From Eledone cirrhosa (lineage: Eukaryota), in NCBI GenBank assembly GCA_964016885.1, contig OZ024749.1, positions 12,214,001 through 12,278,000 on the forward strand: 64,000 nt of DNA, written 5' to 3'. Position 1 is the stretch's first letter. The number at the start of each line of letters is the position of its first letter. Positions 46,265-58,919 of this stretch are shown here, one piece after another. The notes under the pieces are model-generated. The model was given only the letters and a program-made list of their open reading frames with translations, made no database searches and was not told the DNA's origin. The position numbers and the translations under genes are program-made.

Positions 46265-47155
46265 ATCATCACCGTTTTACGTCCATTCTTCCACGTTAGC
46301 ATGGGTTAGACGGGTTGTCCTGTTGTGGGCAGTGCCCGGTCAGCTGACCTTGTCTTGCTCATACGGGAACTGATTTTGGCTCAATTTCTACAGCTGGATG
46401 CTCTTCCTAACACCAACCTCATTTACAGTGAGTGCTGGGTGCTTTTTTTCCCCACTCTGCAGCTTCCATTGACTTCTAGTGCTCTGCACCTTTTTATGAT
46501 GCTTTATCCTTCATACGCATCACATGTCCATACCAATGTAACCTCCTCTCCTGCACACAGCACTTGATTCCTCTTATGTTCAGTCTCTCTCTCAATTCGT
46601 TTATGCTTTGCCGTTCATTTGAGCATGCAAGCTTTGTTTCTTTCTAATCTACGCAAGTCTTCCACATTCAGTGCCCAGGTCTCACTACCATGTAACATTG
46701 CTGTTCGTATGCACGCATCATACAGTCTGCCTTTCATTTTGAGGGAAAAGCCTTTTGCAGCTAGCAGTGGCTCCCTGAACTTCTTCCATCCCGTTCTTAC
46801 CCTGGCTACTGTACTTGCCGAACACCCACCTCCACTGTTAATTCGGTCTCCTAGGTAGCAAAAGCTGTTTACTGTTTCTACAGAGCCCTCCCAGAATTTG
46901 GTGGTGCTTGTATCCTGCGGCTGTTTGTTGCTTGCTGTCCCGGTGCAGCTGCTGCTACATGTAAAGCCTATATTCTTAGCTAAGCTTCCTGAGATCCCAC
47001 TACATCTCTTGTGTACCCATTGTTTGCATTTGGGGAAGAGGATGGAGTTCCTACTTACTGAGCAAGGCCTGTTTTCTCTTCTACTTACGAGGACTTTAGT
47101 CTTTGTCAGGTTGACTTTGAGAACCTTTCTTTGTAGTCCCTGCTTCCATGTTTAT
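46265..47155 (-). pseudogene. Degenerate, internally deleted RTE LINE
   Basis: Reverse complement colinear with 54090-54780; RTE/SINE tail at 46265-46450. Confidence 0.78.
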
Positions 47156-47759
47156 TAAAACAATAATACCCGGACATGCTCAAATAAGAGTATGTTTCGC
47201 TATAAAAAGTGAAGAATACATATTGTAGATGTAGCTCATCAGTGGGTGTCTAGCAATACGAACAACACTTCTAAATAATATGCCAGATAACTAAGAAAAC
47301 TCACATGGTATAGAGCAAAGGTTCTCAATGGGGGGGGGGGGGGCATATGCACCCCCGGGGGTCGGAACACCAGGGGAGCGTTTGGAGCTGGGGGGGGGGG
47401 GGCTCTTTACTTTGGTAAGTTTTATAAGCCATATTTGTATGTCTTTGAGAGAGTCAGTGTGAATGCATTTGAATGAGCATGCAGACAGCATAACTATAGT
47501 CTGACCGCAGCTGTGAAGGCGTGTCTAGATATTAACCGGCAATTGAGATCCTAAAAATGGAAAAACCCTCAGTCAACTGGGTCAAGGACACTTTGAGCGC
47601 AGCCAGTTAGAATCTTATTTTTCCTTCACCGATTACAATGTATTTCATGTCTGAAATTATTGACTCAACTGTAACGAGTTAACACTATGTAGATCTATTT
47701 TATTCCCTATTGCATAAATAATATTACAAATAAAAAAAAAAAATAAAAAAACACACAGA

Positions 47760-47958
47760 AGCGGGTAGCACACACATCTAGGACCACATCCAACACAATC
47801 AGATAATACACACATCTAGGACCACATACAACACATAAGCAGGTAATACACACATCTAGGACCACAAGCAACATATAAGGAGGTAGCACATACATCTAGG
47901 ACCACATACAACACACAGGCAGGTAATACATACATCTAGGACCACATACAACACACAT
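47760..47958. repeat. ~40-bp minisatellite inside the hAT element, 5 units
   Basis: GGTAATACACACATCTAGGACCACATACAACACA repeats. Confidence 0.88.
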
Positions 47959-48982
47959 TGTATCATGTGCTACGGACGACGCAAGAGCAATGGTCGGCCA
48001 ACATAAGGGTTTCGTCACTCTTCTGAAGAGAGAAAATCTATCTGTATTTGCTGTTCATTGTGTCATTCATCGACAACACTTGGCTGCAAAGAAACTCAGC
48101 AAGCCGCTGAGCAAGTTCTTGCAGGTGGCCATTGATGTCATCAATTTTATCAAACAGCATTTCCTCAATGAACGAATTTTCCAGCAACTGTGCCAAGATA
48201 ATGACGAAGAATTTGTCAAGTTGCTCCTTCATAATGAAGTGAGGTGGCTTTCAAAGGGCAAGTGCCTTCCTTACTCACTTCTTTGAACTCTTCGACTCTA
48301 TCATTGGGTTTCTGCGAGGATGCTACACAGAAATATACAAGAAAACCCTCGATGTGGGGCAAGACTGCGCCTACCTCACCAACATCTTCGACAAATGCAA
48401 TAGCGTCATTTTGGCTTTGCAGGGGAAGAAGATCACCTTGCTTAAAGCAAGGAATGCTGTGAAAACATTCCTGGCCAAATTAAATGTCATCGAAAGGAAT
48501 CTTTGTTGACGGGAATTCTATAATTTTCCTAGTGTCGCCAATGTTCAAAACATTGTAAGCGATGACCAACTCCAAATTTATACCACTCACCTCCGTGCGC
48601 TACAAGACAACATGAGAGAATGATTTGTCGACCTTTTGCCGATGGACATCCCAATGTGGACGTTAAATTTCAGGAAGAATTCATTGAACTTCAAGCAGAT
48701 GACAAAATTAGATTTCCCAAAATAGGTGAACCCCTTTTTGGGATGCAAGAGGAAATTCAGCGTTGATTTCCACACCTACATGCAGAGGCTAGGAGATTTG
48801 CTCAGCCTTTTCCAAGCTCATACTTAGTCGAGTAGAGGTTTGGTGCTGTTTCCAGACTGCACAGTAAGTCTCGCAACCGCTACAATGTAATTACACGTGG
48901 AGATCTCTGGCTACATCTTAGGAAAATTCAGCCTCACATCAAAGAGTTAGCTAGACTCCATGAAGCTAAAGGGTCCCATTGA
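47958..48982 (+). pseudogene. hAT (ZBED5/SCAND3/Buster-like) transposase remnant
   Basis: CATDDARAMVG, HCVIHRQHLAAK, LLLHNEVRWLSKGKCL, FPSSYLVE, GDL.L.L..IQP.I; frameshifts and stops. Confidence 0.88.
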
Positions 48983-50404
48983 AATGAAGTCAAAGTTAAA
49001 GTAAGTTGATTTATCCGAAAACTTGGATATGCTATTGTTACAAAGCAAACTAACAATTCTTTTATTTGTAGTTGCAGTCTGACTGGACTGGAAACCACCT
49101 ACTACAATTCACTTACTCATTTGTTGTATATATTTTACCATTTACTAATAAATATACCCTCTTACGTGTTCATGAAAACCCTCTTCCATGGTCTCTAAGC
49201 TCACAAAGCAGAGGGGACATCAAGTTAGATATCAACATTTATTCTGTCCGTTTCATTAAATTGGAAAGCTTTGAAATTATATAATTGCCACTTTCTTCCA
49301 GATAAGAGCACTCTTTGGATAGATAGAGTTGCTCTTGTATAAATGTTCAAAATAGCTGGTATCGCCTGGTGGGAATATAACAAATTCAACTGGTTCTTAT
49401 CCATAAAAAAAAACATTTATGTTCCTTTTTTTGAAATTTATATATTTCCTTTCAAGGAATGTATTTATACTCTCAGCTGCCTGCAATGGTATCTTTGGAA
49501 TATTGTTAATCAATTTTTTAGTAATCTACTGATATCAAAATCAGTAGTATATTGAAAAATGGAAAAAAAAAAGGGGGGGGGGGGCGTTTCGTGATTTCGA
49601 GGGACAAAAGGGGGTGTTTGGCCTAAATGGGTTGAGAACTTGTGGTATAGAGGAAAGATGTGCGTTTTATAGCCCATGGTAGTGTGAATAGACAAAAAAA
49701 AAACAAAAAAACAGCAGCTCGGAACCATTCAACTTTAGAAGCTCTACTTACAGAAATGAATTAGGAGCTGAAATATCAAATTAATAAAGGCGTTAAAAAC
49801 TCACATTAATCCCCTATAATTTAATTAGCTGTTTATAAATCAACATATAGAGAGAAGATATATGTGTTTAATCATAGGGGATCAAAAACCACCAGAGTAA
49901 CAATCATATTACCTACCTACCTAATTTGATATATGTATATATATATATATATATATGCACACGTACAAAACTTTAAATTTTAATGTCTTTTTCATACATT
50001 TAAGTTAAAACTGCCAGCCAAACAACTCTTCTCCAATTATTTTTTAAATACCTATACACGGATCCTCGCTTGAAAATGGATTTTAAATCCCAAAATATTT
50101 GAGATCAATAAAACTGCTAAGGAAAAATTCAAATGTTCTTGCTCTTTTTCTCAGTCCTTTATTCTCTATAACTCCTATTTTTAATCTTGTACACATTGTT
50201 GGGCTTCCAAATATCTAAACTTATTTAAATTTGTATATTCCACAATGCTTCAAGCAAACTACATTTTATATATAATTAGTCCTTTTAATACCCAATGAAT
50301 AGATTGCAGGTATCTTTTAAAGATGCTATAAATTGTCATTACATATTTAGATTATAAAGTTTGTTGTTAAAGTCACATACCCATTCTTTCTTATTCTCTT
50401 ACTT

Positions 50405-51515
50405 ATTCCTGAGAAGGTCATGGGGGCAGAGTCCTCAAACACTTCGTCCAGCGGGTCCTGTCAGAAGCAACCATCTCTAACTGATCTGGCTGAATCCCCA
50501 AGCGTGACCAGCTGAACTCATGGATATTATCTAACCAGCTTGCTCAGGGTCTACTTCTGGGTGTCCTGTCGGTTGGTTTTTCCCATAAAATCTGCCCAGC
50601 AATTCTTTCCTGAGACATTCTAACCACATGCTCATAGTATTAGAGCTGTGATCTCTCAATTCATAGAAGTAGCGGCTCTACCTGGAGTGACTCTCTGATC
50701 TCTGAGCTACTCACTTTATCGAGTAACATTACTCCAAAGACCCTTCGAAGGAACCCCATTTCAGCTGCTTGTATTCGTGATCATATTCTTTTGGTTATTA
50801 ACCAAAATTCGTGACCATAGGTAAGGGTTGGCATGAATACTGAATTGAAGATAGCAAGTTTGGCTTTTACACCTACCTCCCTTCTGATTTCTAAATGCTG
50901 AAGCTGGGTCATCTCCTTTGTGAGTTTCAACTGTATGAAGTTGGCCCTCACCATATCATCCCAGGTTTTCCTAGGTCTTCCTCTTCCAAGGGTTCCTTTG
51001 ACTTCAAGTGTCTTGCACTTCTGTTTGCAGCTGTCATCCTTCATATACATTACATATCCATACTTTTGCAGTCTCCTCTTCTACAGACTGCACTTGATGA
51101 CTCTCATGCCTGGTTTTTCTCTCAGCTCATTCATACTTCATCACTCATGTATACTACTAGTACTCATCCATCAGAGCATAATCTTCATAAGTCTTCCATA
51201 CACAAAGCCCAGGTCTCACTACCATGTAGTATTACTGTTCACACACAAACATCATACAGTCTGTCTTTCAATCTAAGGGAGGGACTGTAGCTAGCAATGT
51301 TAGTAGTTCCCTGAACTAGTTCTTACTCTGGCTACTGTACTTTCGCAACACCCACCCCACTGCTAATTTGGCTCCATAGTTAGCAGAAACTGTTGATTCT
51401 TTCTAGGGAACTTTCTGAATATTTGATAAGGTTTGTTTCCGGTGTGCTCTTGTTTATTGTTCCGGAGGGTTGGCTACATACAAAGCCGATATTTTTTGCA
51501 AATTTGTTTACTAAG
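50405..51515 (-). pseudogene. Two abutting RTE fragments (50405-50893 and 50895-51515)
   Basis: PTLTYGHEFW...RSRIQAAEM and GRGRPRKTWDDMV. Confidence 0.78.
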
Positions 51516-52214
51516 GGAAATAACTCTTGTTCAGAATGGGAATATCTGAGTGTTGGTACTGGAAGCACATTGTTTTATATATGTATAGCATAAAATATAT
51601 TCTGTTTGCCGTAGTTTTTGCTGATGCAGAACATCATTAGTCACCTCTGACTCTACTATTTTATTTATTACAAACTACTGACATTCACTCCCCTATTGGA
51701 TATTAAATGGCTTGTACCTCCTTTATTTGGTCCACCCAGTTTGAGAGAGGTGATAGTGACATTTTAAAACACCATCATTGTTAAGGTCATGGCTATTTTC
51801 CTGTAGACAGAAATTAGGTTGGAACTGTGTAGAGATAACTGTTATAGGTATGTTAAAGTCTTTTTAATATGTTTAGTCATTTCCATAGATAACGATTAGA
51901 TAAACTGCTCATGTTATATTTAATTTGTACAAGGCAACTAGATATAATATAGATGATTTTATTCAAACATGGTCGTGTGGTTAAGGAGTTTGATTCATTT
52001 CACAAATATATGATTCTGTGATTAATTCACTGTCAGATAGATTTGGCAAATTCCTTCTCTTATAGATTCAGGTCAACCAAAGACTTTTTTTTTTCGAATT
52101 TAATCACCTTAAGCAAGTCAATAAAGCTACTAAAATGTAAGGGATATCAAGTGGACTGTACTGAGTGTTGGTGGTAGATATAAATGGTTGTCAAGTTTAA
52201 CACCACCACTGATA

Positions 52215-52645
52215 ATGATTTCTAATTTAGGCACAAAACCAGGAATTTGCAAGGAAAGTTGATATCAACCCCAGTACTTTACACGTATTTTATTTTATCA
52301 ACCCCAGTATATTACTGGTGCATTATTTTATCAACCCTAGAAGTAAGAAAAGCAAAGTTGACCTTGGTGAAATTTGAAATCGGAATGTAAAGGGCTGTAA
52401 CTAAATGCTGCAAAGTATTCTGTTTAGACACTCTACTGACTTAATAAATCCACCAACTTTATAATTATAAGTAATAATTGTTTCTACTTTTGGCACAAGG
52501 CCAGCAGTTATCCCAGTGTATTACTGGTACTTTATTTTATTGACCCCGTAAGGATGAAAGACAAAGTTAACCTCGGTGGGACTTGAACCCAGTCCGCAAA
52601 GGGACGTAACTGTGCTGCAAAGCATGGCGTCCGACCCTCTAACGA
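52215..52645 (-). mobile_element. Two octopus-type SINE copies
   Basis: Family core GACCCCGTAAGGATGAAAGACAAAGTTAACCTCGG. Confidence 0.75.
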
Positions 52646-52902
52646 TAATATTAATGTTTCTTTAATAGACTAATCCATCATTCTGTGTTAATGTTGTGTT
52701 TTAGCAAAATAAAAATTAATAAAGAATATCAAAAGAAATGTTTAAAATTTAACATCAAATAACAAAGACACTGCCTATGTCTTTAACCATTTCATTACCA
52801 TATTTCCAATGAAAGACACTGTCTGTCATTAACCCTTTCATTAGCATATTTCTAATGAAAGACACTGTCTATGTCATTAACCCTTTCATTAACCCTTTCA
52901 GC

Positions 52903-53249
52903 CATGGAGGCACATGGCTTAGTGGTTAGAGCATTGGGCTTGCAATCGAAAGGTTGTGAGTTCAATTCTCAGACCGGGTGATGTGTTGTTTCCTTGAGCA
53001 AGACACTTTATTTCACATTGCTCCAGTTTACTCAGCTGTAGAAATGAGATGATAGGGACTGGGGTCCCTATCATTCCACTGCAAAGTGGTCGTGGAGGTG
53101 CCACGGCAAAAAAGCACCCAGCACTCACTGTAAATGAGGTTGGTGTTAGGAAGGGCATCCAGCTGTAGAAATCAAGCCAGAATCAGTTCCCGTCCCACCC
53201 TTGCAAGCAGGGAGAAGTGGACGTAAAATGAAATGATGATGATGATGAT
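52903..53249 (+). mobile_element. tRNA-derived SINE with RTE-type 3' tail
   Basis: A box TGGCTTAGTGG, B box GTTCAATTC, CCTTGAGCAAGACACT core, GGAAGGGCATCCAGC tail and (GAT)n. Confidence 0.88.
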
Positions 53250-53769
53250 TACCATATTTCTAATGAAAGACACTGTCTATGTCATTAACACTTTCATTAC
53301 CATATTTCTAATGAAAGACACTGTCTGTCATTAACCCTTTCATTACCATATTTCTGATGAAAGACACTGCCTATGTCATTAACACATTTCTAATGAAAAA
53401 CATTGTCTATGTCTTTAACCATTTCATTACCATCTCTACTTAGCTTTTGTAGACCTGGAAAAAGCCTTTGACAGAGTCCCCCGCTCCATTATCTGGTGGG
53501 CTCTTAGAGAACTAGGTGTAGATGAATGGCTTGTGAGAGCTATACAAGCTTTGTATAATGAAACTATGTCATTAACCCTTTCATTACCATATTTCTAATG
53601 AAAGACACTGTCTATGTCATTAACACTTTCATTACCATATTTCTAATGAAAGACACTGTCTGTCATTAACCCTTTCATTACCATATTTCTGATGAAAGAC
53701 ACTGCCTATGTCATTAACACATTTCTAATGAAAAACATTGTCTATGTCTTTAACCATTTCATTACCATC

Positions 53770-55356
53770 TCTACTTAGCTTTTGTAGACCCGGAAAAAGC
53801 CTTTGACAGAGTCCCCCGCTCCATTATCTGGTGGGCTCTTAGAAAACTAGGTGTAGATGAATGGCTTGTGAGAGCTATACAAGCTTTGTATAATGAAACA
53901 GTCAGTAAGGTTAGAATTAACAATGAATATTGTGAAGAATTTAGTGTAAAAGTTGGTGTCCATCAGGGCTCTGTCCTTAGCCCCCTCCTATTTATTATTG
54001 CCCTTCAGGCTATAACAGAGGAGTTCAAGACCGGCTGCCCATGGGAACTCCTATACGCAGATTATCAAACGCTCATAGCTGAATCAATGGCTAAGACTAA
54101 AGTTCTAGTTTGTAGGAAGGAAAATAGGGCACCAGTCCCATCTGAGAAATAGCCATGCTCAGTGTGTAGGAAAGGAGTAGGCAGAAACTCCATTTTATGT
54201 CCCAAATGCAAAGTATGGGTACATAAAAGATGTAGTGGGATCACAGGTAAACTATCTAAGAACGTAGACTTTATATGTGGCCGATGCTCAGGTGCAATAG
54301 GTAGCAAATGTCCACAGGATACTAGCCCCTTCTATTGCCCAGATGGTTCTATAGAAATAGTAGACACTTTCTGTTACCTGGGTGACGATATCAGCAGTGG
54401 TGGAGGGTGCTCTGAAAGTACAGTAGCCAGAGTCAGAACGGGATGGAAACATTTCAGAGAGCTTATACCGCTGTTGGCCACAAAAGGTTTCTCTCTAAAA
54501 ATGAAAGGCAAATTGTATGATGCCTGCATACGAACAGCAATGCTACATGGCAGTGAGACAAGGGCATTGCGTGCAGAGGACCTGCATATACTGGAAAGGA
54601 ATGAAGCATGCATGCTCCGTTGGATGTGTAATAGTAATATACGTGAACGGCAAAGCATAAATGAACTAAGTGAGAAATTAGGAATAAGAGGGATCAGATG
54701 CTGTTTACTCAATAGAAGACTATGTTGGTATGGCCACGTGATACGCATGAAAGATGACAGCTGTATAAAAAAGTGCAGGGCGATCAAAATTGATGGTAGT
54801 TACGGAGTAGGTAGACCCAGAAAAACCTGGGACGATCTGATAAATTCCGACCTTACACACTTGCACTTCTCTAAGACAATGTCACTGAACCGAGATCTTT
54901 GGCGCTACGCAGTAATACAGAAGACCCGCCTTGCCTATGTATAAAGCAAAACCTACAGTCAGTAGGCACCTCTTAACCAAATATACATCCCAATCCACTA
55001 CACCTACTCTATCCTCCCACTCCCACCAACACCACCCTCTCTCTATAGAGTTGGTACCACAACATCCAGTCCAAATAAATGAGATAAATGAGATCGAGAT
55101 CGTGTAGGTGTCACGAGAAAAAAACACACAGTCCACGCTGTAATGTGGTCGTGTAGGTAACACGGTAAAAAGTTTCCAGTTCCACACTGTAAATATGGTT
55201 TGTGTTAGGAAGGGCATCGAGCCGTAAAACCTGCCAGATAGTCCTATATGAGCGAGACATGGTCACCCGACCAACCTTGCCTCAAGTGGGACAACTTCCG
55301 TCTAACCCATGCTAGAGTGGAAAATGGATGTTAAACGAAGATGATGATGATGATGA
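53770..55356 (+). mobile_element. 5'-truncated RTE LINE with PHD-like Cys/His insertion after the RT palm
   Basis: FVD.EKAFDRVP, GVHQGSVLSPLLF, LLYAD, CSVC..C..C...VH..C...C..C, FCYLGD, LHGSET, GRPRKTW; stop at 54150; (GAT)n tail. Confidence 0.88.
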
Positions 55357-55689
55357 TTTCCAATGAAAGACACTGTCTATGTCATTAACGCTTTCATTAC
55401 CATATTTCTAATGAATGACAGTGCCCATGGTGTTTAATTAATTTTGAAAATAATCAAGAATTAGATTATAACTTTCTCATTATTAAGCTGGTAGTTGGAA
55501 CAAAATTAAAAAATTGTTATATAACACTAAGATGTAAGAGTTTTAGTTAAATATAAACACTTTAAAATAAAGTTTTGTATTTTAGAAGAAAAAAAAAAAA
55601 AGAAGAGCTCTAAAGAATCAAAATCTTTAAATAAGAAAAAAATCTTTAAATAAGAAAAAAAATCTTTTAATAAGAAAAAAAAAGCACCA

Positions 55690-55925
55690 CCAAGGTCTCA
55701 CTACCATGCAACATTGTTGTTCATATGCATCATGCAGTCTGCCTTTCATTCTGAGGGAAAAGCCTTTTGCAATGGTAATAGCTCCCTAAATTTCCATCCT
55801 GTTCTTACTCTAGCTACTGTACTTTTAGAACACCGACCACCGCTGCTAATTTGGTCACCCTGGAAGCAGAAGCCTTCTGCTCTTTCTACCAAGACCTCCC
55901 AGAATTTGGTAGTGCCTGTTTCCTG
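55690..55925 (-). pseudogene. RTE fragment
   Basis: FCFQGDQISSGG.C..S..ARVRTGWKFRELLPL. Confidence 0.7.
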
Positions 55926-56085
55926 TGGAAAGAAGAGCTCGAAAAAATAAAACTCAATCAACTTTTATTCAGAAATAACTTTTCATAGGTAAAGATTCCG
56001 TTTTATATCAAGAATATTTTTATAAAATATATTTTTTTAAAGACTATATTGATTAATTTGTAAAACAATCATTTGTTTGTGATGT

Positions 56086-57279
56086 TTACAGCATATTTAA
56101 AGGCAGAATAAATGATGGAATTTTATCATCTTTGGTATTCTTTAAATGTACATTAAGTTTGTTTTCCAAGATATTAAAAACTGCTGTTGCTAGAGTTTGA
56201 GAACGATCTGTAGGCCTTGGACTTCGGTAAATTGGATATTTCTGGTTCTCTGTGTCTCCAAGGATGTTACAAATGTCGGAGACAGATTGTGGCGGGGGTA
56301 AGCTAGTTACACGTTTGTAGCGGTTCATTGTGCTACCATACTGAACTGCAGGTATTTCTTCGAAGTTCAAATACTTGGTAAAATTAACATGGATATAATG
56401 GCCATCTTTTTTGGGGTCAGTCTGTGTTAGAATTGTATGAAGATAATGTTGATGCTGGGGTCCTATTTCAAGAGCCCACATTTTATCTTTATCTTTTACT
56501 GAAGCCATATTAAAACAAACACCATAAGCCATGCCATGTTTATTGTTCTCTAGGATCTTGACAGCTTCCACAGCACTGGATGCACTCAAAAGGCTTCTGT
56601 CAATGAATTTTCGAGGAATACAGTCACGATACGCTTTAGTAGGATAAAGGCCATTGCATGTAAAAATCATTCCGTGATTATTGAAACCAAAAGTCCCTCC
56701 AGGAAGAAAACCAGGATAACAATAGGCTGTTATATATTCCTGGTTTTCTTGAACAACATCCTTTTTTACAAAGTTATCATCAATCTTACAACAACTGATA
56801 TATGCATATGCTTCCATATATGGACTATGGTCTTCGTTGTGGGCCAATATTTTAAGGTGAGGTCTGTTAATAAATATAGTAGTACAACCAGCAGTATTCT
56901 CAAGTGTGTCTTGCTTTGAAAGTGTTACCATCTCATTTAAGCAATTTAACTGGAAAAGTATCTCAAAATCCACACCTGATCCATCAGACATTCCTTTAAT
57001 TTCTTCAACATACTGAGGGAACGCTGTATTACATGATGCCAAGAACCCTTCATAGACAGATCTTCCTTCACGACTGTCATAATAAGGAAGTAAGGAAGAT
57101 TTCAGTTCTGGGAAATGAGCACAAAAATTGGTAATCTGTTTACTAAACTGCCCACCAATTGTATAACCAACATCATAGTGGCTTCCTGAAGCAAATGTAA
57201 GGAGAAGTTGCTTGTTTTTCAATTTTTCAAAGTTTTCTAAGGGATAATCAATTTCAGTATCACAGAATTTTCCTTCCAT
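56086..57279 (-). CDS. Peptidase C45 family Ntn hydrolase (tan-like beta-alanyl-amine hydrolase / acyl-CoA:6-APA acyltransferase fold), 397 aa, single coding exon
   Basis: GSHYDVGY.IG, FPQYVEEIKGMSDG, G|CTT autoprocessing nucleophile, AHNED, PGFLPG..FGFN.HG, IPR.F..R, LGD....YPIYR, TLATAVF. Upstream acceptor TTTTTTGCAG| (exon starts 57307) with an in-frame stop before the ATG; AATAAA at ~55964. Confidence 0.9.
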   Translation of the reverse strand: MEGKFCDTEIDYPLENFEKLKNKQLLLTFASGSHYDVGYTIGGQFSKQITNFCAHFPELKSSLLPYYDSREGRSVYEGFLASCNTAFPQYVEEIKGMSDGSGVDFEILFQLNCLNEMVTLSKQDTLENTAGCTTIFINRPHLKILAHNEDHSPYMEAYAYISCCKIDDNFVKKDVVQENQEYITAYCYPGFLPGGTFGFNNHGMIFTCNGLYPTKAYRDCIPRKFIDRSLLSASSAVEAVKILENNKHGMAYGVCFNMASVKDKDKMWALEIGPQHQHYLHTILTQTDPKKDGHYIHVNFTKYLNFEEIPAVQYGSTMNRYKRVTSLPPPQSVSDICNILGDTENQKYPIYRSPRPTDRSQTLATAVFNILENKLNVHLKNTKDDKIPSFILPLNML

Positions 57280-57552
57280 ACTAACAAGATTTGTTCAGTT
57301 CCCAAATCTGCAAAAAACAAACAAATAAATCAATTTCAGCTCAAAATAAGATACACCTCAACATGTGTGTGTGTGTGTGTATGTGTCAACTGGAGCTTCG
57401 GCATGTCATTGGACTCTAGTTGTGGATACTCAGAGAGTGGTGCTCGTGTTGTACAAGCGTTTACCACTATAATATACTGTTGTCTCTTACATCTTTCTTC
57501 ATCTCTCCTATTTCTAAAATGCTGCGGTGATAGACAAATGGTAGCATGTATG

Positions 57553-58765
57553 TATGGGTGGAAGAACTCACAAGAGTCAACGGCCATCCAACAATGTGTA
57601 TCTATGCAGGTATGGGTGGAAGAACTCACAAGAGTCAACGGCCATCCAACAATGTGTATATATGCAGGTATGGGTGGAAGAACTCACAAGAGTCAACGGC
57701 CATCCAACAATATGTATATATGCAGGTATGGGTGGAAGAACTCACAAGAGTCAACGGCCATCCAACAATATGTATATATGTATGTATGGGTGGAAGAACT
57801 CACAAGAGTCAACGGCCATCCAACAATATGTATATATGCAGGTATGGGTGGAAGAACTCACAAGAGTCAACGGCCATCCAACAATGTGTATATATGCAGG
57901 TATGGGTGGAAGAACTCACAAGAGTCAACGGCCATCCAACAATGTGTATATATGCAGGTATGGGTGGAAGAACTCACAAGAGTCAACGGCCATCCAACAA
58001 TATGTATATATGTATGTATGGGTGGAAGAACTCACAAGAGTCAACGGCCATCCAACAATATGTATATATGCAGGTATGGGTGGAAGAACTCACAAGAGTC
58101 AACGGCCATCCAACAATATGTATATATGCAGGTATGGGTGGAAGAACTCACAAGAGTCAACGGCCATCCAACAATGTGTATCTATGCAGGTATGGGTGGA
58201 AGAACTCACAAGAGTCAACGGCCATCCAACAATGTGTATCTATGCAGGTATGGGTGGAAGAACTCACAAGAGTCAACGGCCATCCAACAATGTGTATCTA
58301 TGCAGGTATGGGTGGAAGAACTCACAAGAGTCAACGGCCATCCAACAATGTGTATCTATGCAGGTATGGGTGGAAGAACTCACAAGAGTCAACGGCCATC
58401 CAACAATGTGTATATATGCAGGTATGGGTGGAAGAACTCACAAGAGTCAACGGCCATCCAACAATGTGTATATATACAGGTATGGGTGGAAGAACTCACA
58501 AGAGTCAACGGCCATCCAACAATATGTATATATGCAGGTATGGGTGGAAGAACTCACAAGAGTCAACGGCCATCCAACAATGTGTATATATGCAGGTATG
58601 GGTGGAAGAACTCACAAGAGTCAACGGCCATCCAACAATGTGTATATATGCAGGTATGGGTGGAAGAACTCACAAGAGTCAACGGCCATCCAACAATGTG
58701 TATACATGCAGGTATGGGTGGAAGAACTCACAAGAGTCAACGGCCATCCAACAATGTGTATATAT
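57553..58765. repeat. 58-bp minisatellite, ~21 copies
   Basis: Unit TATGGGTGGAAGAACTCACAAGAGTCAACGGCCATCCAACAAT(G/A)TGTATATATGCAGG. Confidence 0.97.
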
Positions 58766-58919
58766 ACTGTATGGGTGTGTAAATGTATATATGCAGGTAT
58801 GTGTTAGATTGGTTGCGTGTACGTGTGTATTTTTATTTACTTATTTTATTATTGTTATTATTTTTGTTATTTTGTTTAATTGCATCTTATCTATTTATTT
58901 TACCTAGTTATTATTGATC

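Larger units (their letters stand above)
47316..49644 (+). mobile_element. Decayed Buster/Charlie-type hAT DNA transposon
   Basis: TIRs CAAAGGTTCTCAA / TTGAGAACTTGTG; perfect 8-bp TSD GTATAGAG. Confidence 0.9.
52762..55425. repeat. ~48-bp minisatellite interrupted by a SINE and an RTE
   Basis: TTAACCCTTTCATTACCATATTTCTAATGAAAGACACTGTCTATGTCA at 52762-52900, 53250-53432, 53566-53768, 55357-55425. Confidence 0.85.

Noticed and set aside
47958-48982. Domesticated ZBED5/SCAND3-like gene
   Set aside because: Frameshifts, stops, missing N-terminus, and intact TIR/TSD indicate a dead transposon.
52915-52975. Possible tRNA genes (also 63340-63400)
   Set aside because: A/B boxes only, no full cloverleaf; continuous with SINE body and tail.
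53350-53415. CTGATGA...GAAA in the 48-bp minisatellite
   Set aside because: A single variant unit; GAAA is not positioned after a stem II.
57367-58907. Three overlapping 417-471 aa ORFs
   Set aside because: Translation of the stop-free 58-bp tandem unit cycling through frames.
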